From assembly GCF_001194135.2 (NCBI RefSeq), contig NC_068986.1:23987674-24043879 (forward strand): DNA of 56,206 nucleotides. The letters run 5' to 3'. The DNA comes from Octopus bimaculoides (Eukaryota). The notes under the pieces are model-generated. The model saw only the letters and a program-made list of their open reading frames with translations. It was not told the origin of the DNA and did not search any database. Within the stretch, counting starts at the first letter, position 1. The number at the start of each line of letters is the position of its first letter. The position numbers and the translations under genes are program-made. This document shows positions 52,201 through 56,206 of this stretch, piece after piece.

Positions 52201-53488
52201 TTTTGGACTACAATATTAAAGAAATTCTTTTCTGTTTGCAGCGGATTTAGAAAGATTGTGAACACGATCCCTAGTTTTTGTACATTTCCCCATGAATAAA
52301 TTAAGTTTGGATAACTAAACACCGATGTTGGCCGAATGAAAAGCGAAAAACGTGACTGCTAATATAATGAGACAAGATATCTTTAATTAACTAACATTTC
52401 TTTGCTAAGTGTGTTAACACCCATTTTATTATTTCTAATTAATAGTTTTGTAGAATGTTAAATTCGGTGTTAAAATGATGTCTTTGTGTCGGTAACACTG
52501 TATTTTCATAACGTTGTGTTCTTCAAAACTAATGATTTAATTAGAAATAGGTGTGACGAACAGTTTCTAAACGAAATTGTTATTATGATGCAAACAATGA
52601 AAGAAAAGAATCAGAAGAGACACTATCAAACTACTTGCTTTTATTAAGCATCTTGATATTTATGTAAGATTTAATTGTTTGGTGCAAGGTCAACCCAGCT
52701 AATGTAGCTGTAACTGCATCGAGGTTATAGATGTATATGTAGAACTATGGCAATCCTTGTATTCTTTCGTTATTTAAAACTTCAGTAGGTGCTTTGTGAG
52801 AGATTTCGCAGGTACTTCTAGCACGATGAGTATACAAGTATAGGCCCCGTTGGCAAATTTATACGTTGTGTTTTATTGAGATAGACGTAATTAAGAAATT
52901 TCGCCACCTATCTTTTTTCATTCTTTCTACGTCCTCTTTCTCTCTTCTTTGTATGAAACATGCTCTTTTCTTTTCTTTCACCCCTTCTCACAAATCATCT
53001 CCTTTTTCTTCTATCCACAAATATCACCATCTCACTGTTTACACTTTCCAATACTACAATATATTGCCCATTATCACTCGTTTCATTTCATTACATTCTA
53101 TGCAACACCTCTTCACACACACACACACGCACACACATACACTCGCATACTTACACACATCTCTTCATTAACTTGCACATAATGAATCACACACGTGCAA
53201 GTCATTCATTTCTTTATAACAGATATGTAGTAAGACTGGGTAAAATCATTAATAACAAAATTACTTTAAACCTTTCTTTTTGCATCTCATTTTCCTTCAT
53301 CCTGCTATCAACCTGACGTTCACTCCATAAACAAAAAACGCACGTACACACGAATATAAACACACAAACATTTCGGCATATGCACATTTACGCATATGCT
53401 GTTGCTGTTTCTCCTTTTTCCGAACCCATTTCTCAATTTCTCCTTTCAGATGAATCTATGTATATGTCTGCTTTGCGTACTATTCTAC

Positions 53489-53533
<45 letters not shown>

Positions 53534-53584
53534 GTCTGAGTGTATGTGTGTGTGTGTATTTGTGTGTGGGTATGTGTGTGTGTA

Positions 53585-53625
<41 letters not shown>

Positions 53626-53939
53626 TGTATGCGTTTATTTGTTTGTGTATGCAAGATTACTTAGGGAGTGTAACATAAGTGATCCTGAAACATTGACTGA
53701 GAAACAGCTAGAGAAAACGAGGGAACGAGAGAGTGAAGAAAAGGAAGAGACAGAGAAAGTGGGGGGTTAAAAAGAGAGTGAGACAGAAAGAGAAATAAAA
53801 GGGGAGGGAGAAAGAAAATGGAAAATCACGAGATTTATAGCTACATAGGTAAATGCATTGAAAGATAAATAAGTGTATTCATCCATGCTTTATCGCTCAT
53901 CTAAATTGCCTAAATATCTATACATGCATCATATGTTCT

Positions 53940-54330
53940 TGGAAACTATATAGTTAATCTAAATTATATATTCCAGTTCAGAGTGCATAATAATAAAAAC
54001 AAAAATATCAAAGTCACAAAAAATAATAAAATATAAAACCCAATACTCTGGATAAAATAAAATAGAAAAAAAAAGATATGAAATAGAAAAAGAGAAAAAG
54101 AAACATAAAATAGAAATACATTCAAGAGAAGCATTATTAGTTGGTCGTTGTGTGGCACCAAAAATCGATATTGTCATACGCTTGCGTAAAAGTTTGCTCT
54201 GATACAAAGAAAACAGAATATTCAGACCGTTAAACGGGTTTTCTGTGAGGTTGAGGCTTGAATGTGTAGGGCAGGTTAAGGACAGGTGAAACATTGATTT
54301 ATTGCGAATATGTTGGAAGAAAAGCGATAA
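53940..54330 (-). mobile_element. Possible PLE 3' end with T-rich trailer
   Basis: KLLRKRMTISIFGATQRP weakly resembles the end of PLE endonuclease ORFs; followed by a T-rich tract like that at 40450-40940. Confidence 0.25.
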
Positions 54331-56206
54331 ACTGAAAATAAAAGAGACAAATGGCCAATAAATGAGAACTAAAAACAAAATGGTTTTTAAAAAAATAAAA
54401 ATTAGTCTATAAAATAACTGTCAGAAATGTGAAATTTAATGTAAAATTTTAAGAAAATTTAAGAAAGTATCTGATAGAGAGGGTGTCGTTGGTAATGTAG
54501 ATTATGATAATAGGAAAAATTGATCTTAAATTGCATGTAGAAGTCAAAATTAGCTAGAAAATGTAATTGATTGGAAAGGTTCGAAAAATAATTTACAAAT
54601 ATACAAATAGTGGCCTAAGGACTGTGATGAGAAAACAGGAAGTGAAAGAAATATAAATTTCAAACTTGATTGTGAAAGTGAAAATAAAGTGTCATTATTT
54701 AGTTTTGCATTCAAGTCAAACTAAAAGTATTTTGCTCTTCGTTTAGGAGAGCAATAAAGAAAAGCATGAGGTATAAATGGAGAATGAAAGCCAGTCTGAT
54801 AAAATGACAATGCAAAATAACCTAGTGGTGCAAATAAGACATTAACATCGAGTCAATAGAAGATTAAAGATGCCTATGAAGATGGATAGCAGATAATGAA
54901 AAATAGAGCGATCGATTAGTGGATAGAAAATTGGAAAATTTAAAATGGTTCCGTTCATAGCTGATGGAGACATGAAGAGAATTAAGGATGAGATGACAGG
55001 TGATCAGATAAACGAACTACGAAAATAGAAGGCAATTTTTGTGGAGAATTAGCGGGGAAGGAATTTTAAACATTAAAGTAGTAGAGACGAGATCCATAAA
55101 CAACGAAAGCATACAATACTGAATATGGAAAAAGTAAACAAAAACAGAATACATAGTGTGCAAAATACATTGACAATAAAGAGGGAGATGAAAGAAATGC
55201 AAAAAATAAAAGACAAAATAGATGTTAAAATACAATACTTGGGTAGATAAATCTAGAGAAAGATATATCAACAGGCGGTTGAAAATCGATACATAGGCAG
55301 ATAGATGCATACATAACTAGATAGATAGATATATATATATATAGATAGATAGATAGATAGATACAGAGAGACAGAGAGACAGAGACAGGGACACAGAGAT
55401 GGTAGGAACACAGACAGAAATTTTTAGATGAGCTCAGACTTTAGAGGCGTTTGAAATATTAACAGATAAAAAAAAACGACATAGTGAATAATTTACCTGT
55501 AAAAATACAATTTACGCAAAAAATAAATTGGAAAATTTGAAATAAATTACATAAAGGAAGAGACTCAGATGGTAGGGTTCAAATACCAATGGAAATTATA
55601 TCATTTTGATATATTTCGTAAATTGTGTTCAGGTCGGTCTCATCATTTGCATGTTTCAGTGCGCATAAAATCCCCGATGCAAATAACAGTTTTCACGCAC
55701 CATTTAACTACTAGCAGGTTAAGTAATGAAAAGAGATGAGATAATATTGGGAGCCTAAATGAAAGTCTTTTTATTCTGGAATAATCACTACTGTATGATT
55801 TTCTTTCTGAGAAACCTTTATAAATCTTGATTCGACTCAATTTTTAATATAGGTGAATAAATTCGTATTAATCCAAATAAAGGATCAATTAATTTCACAG
55901 CATTGATTCTTTTAGTCAATAAAGATTGAACGGTCTAAAATATAACCCAATTGTATTCTAATATTACGCTTACATGCTTCCAATCAATCACTGTCTAACG
56001 GTGGAATAAGTCAAGTACAAAAGGACACTTAACGCCATTAACTATATAAAACTGTACCTATTGATTATTAGCTATAGATTAGTTTCTAAAACGTTTGGGA
56101 TGTAAAAAAGAAATGCTTCTCTCAGAATAAAAATAGCGGGGACATTCTCGACGCAATTTTACGATTAATGCAAGGACAATGATTTTTTTCTCTTTTTTTT
56201 TTTTTT

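Noticed and set aside
54400-55300. Purine-skewed + strand resembling an old LINE
   Set aside because: No identifiable protein motif.
55645-55684. Inverted pair of octamer motifs (ATTTGCAT and ATGCAAAT)
   Set aside because: The octamer occurs several times elsewhere in this AT-rich window, and no snRNA or promoter context is visible.

Overview
This is an AT-rich eukaryotic draft-assembly window with 7 N-gaps and dense microsatellites. I recognise no intact host gene, rRNA, tRNA or CRISPR array. The SINE families and repeat spectrum match my recollection of octopus repeats, so an Octopus source is an inference that a BLAST search would settle. The window is mostly decayed mobile elements. These include two non-overlapping halves of an R4/Dong-type LINE, three Penelope-like (PLE) RT or GIY-YIG fragments, one mariner, one Tc1 (DD34E), RTE/CR1-type relics, two possible Merlin relics, a pogo/Tigger-type end, a Helitron-type 3' end and about 13 copies or fragments of three tRNA-derived SINE families. 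Most predicted ORFs are artefacts of microsatellites or N-gaps. The most interesting signals are at the RNA-structure level. There are several hammerhead-ribozyme-like motifs, the most complete at 31216-31263, fused to a 47-bp palindrome. There are three long near-perfect hairpins (31131-31225, 38466-38560, 47515-47651), a SINE nested in a SINE with a 16-bp target-site duplication, and a tail-to-tail SINE pair. All alignments and translations were done by eye. PLE hammerheads are a known class, so novelty of these copies is not established.
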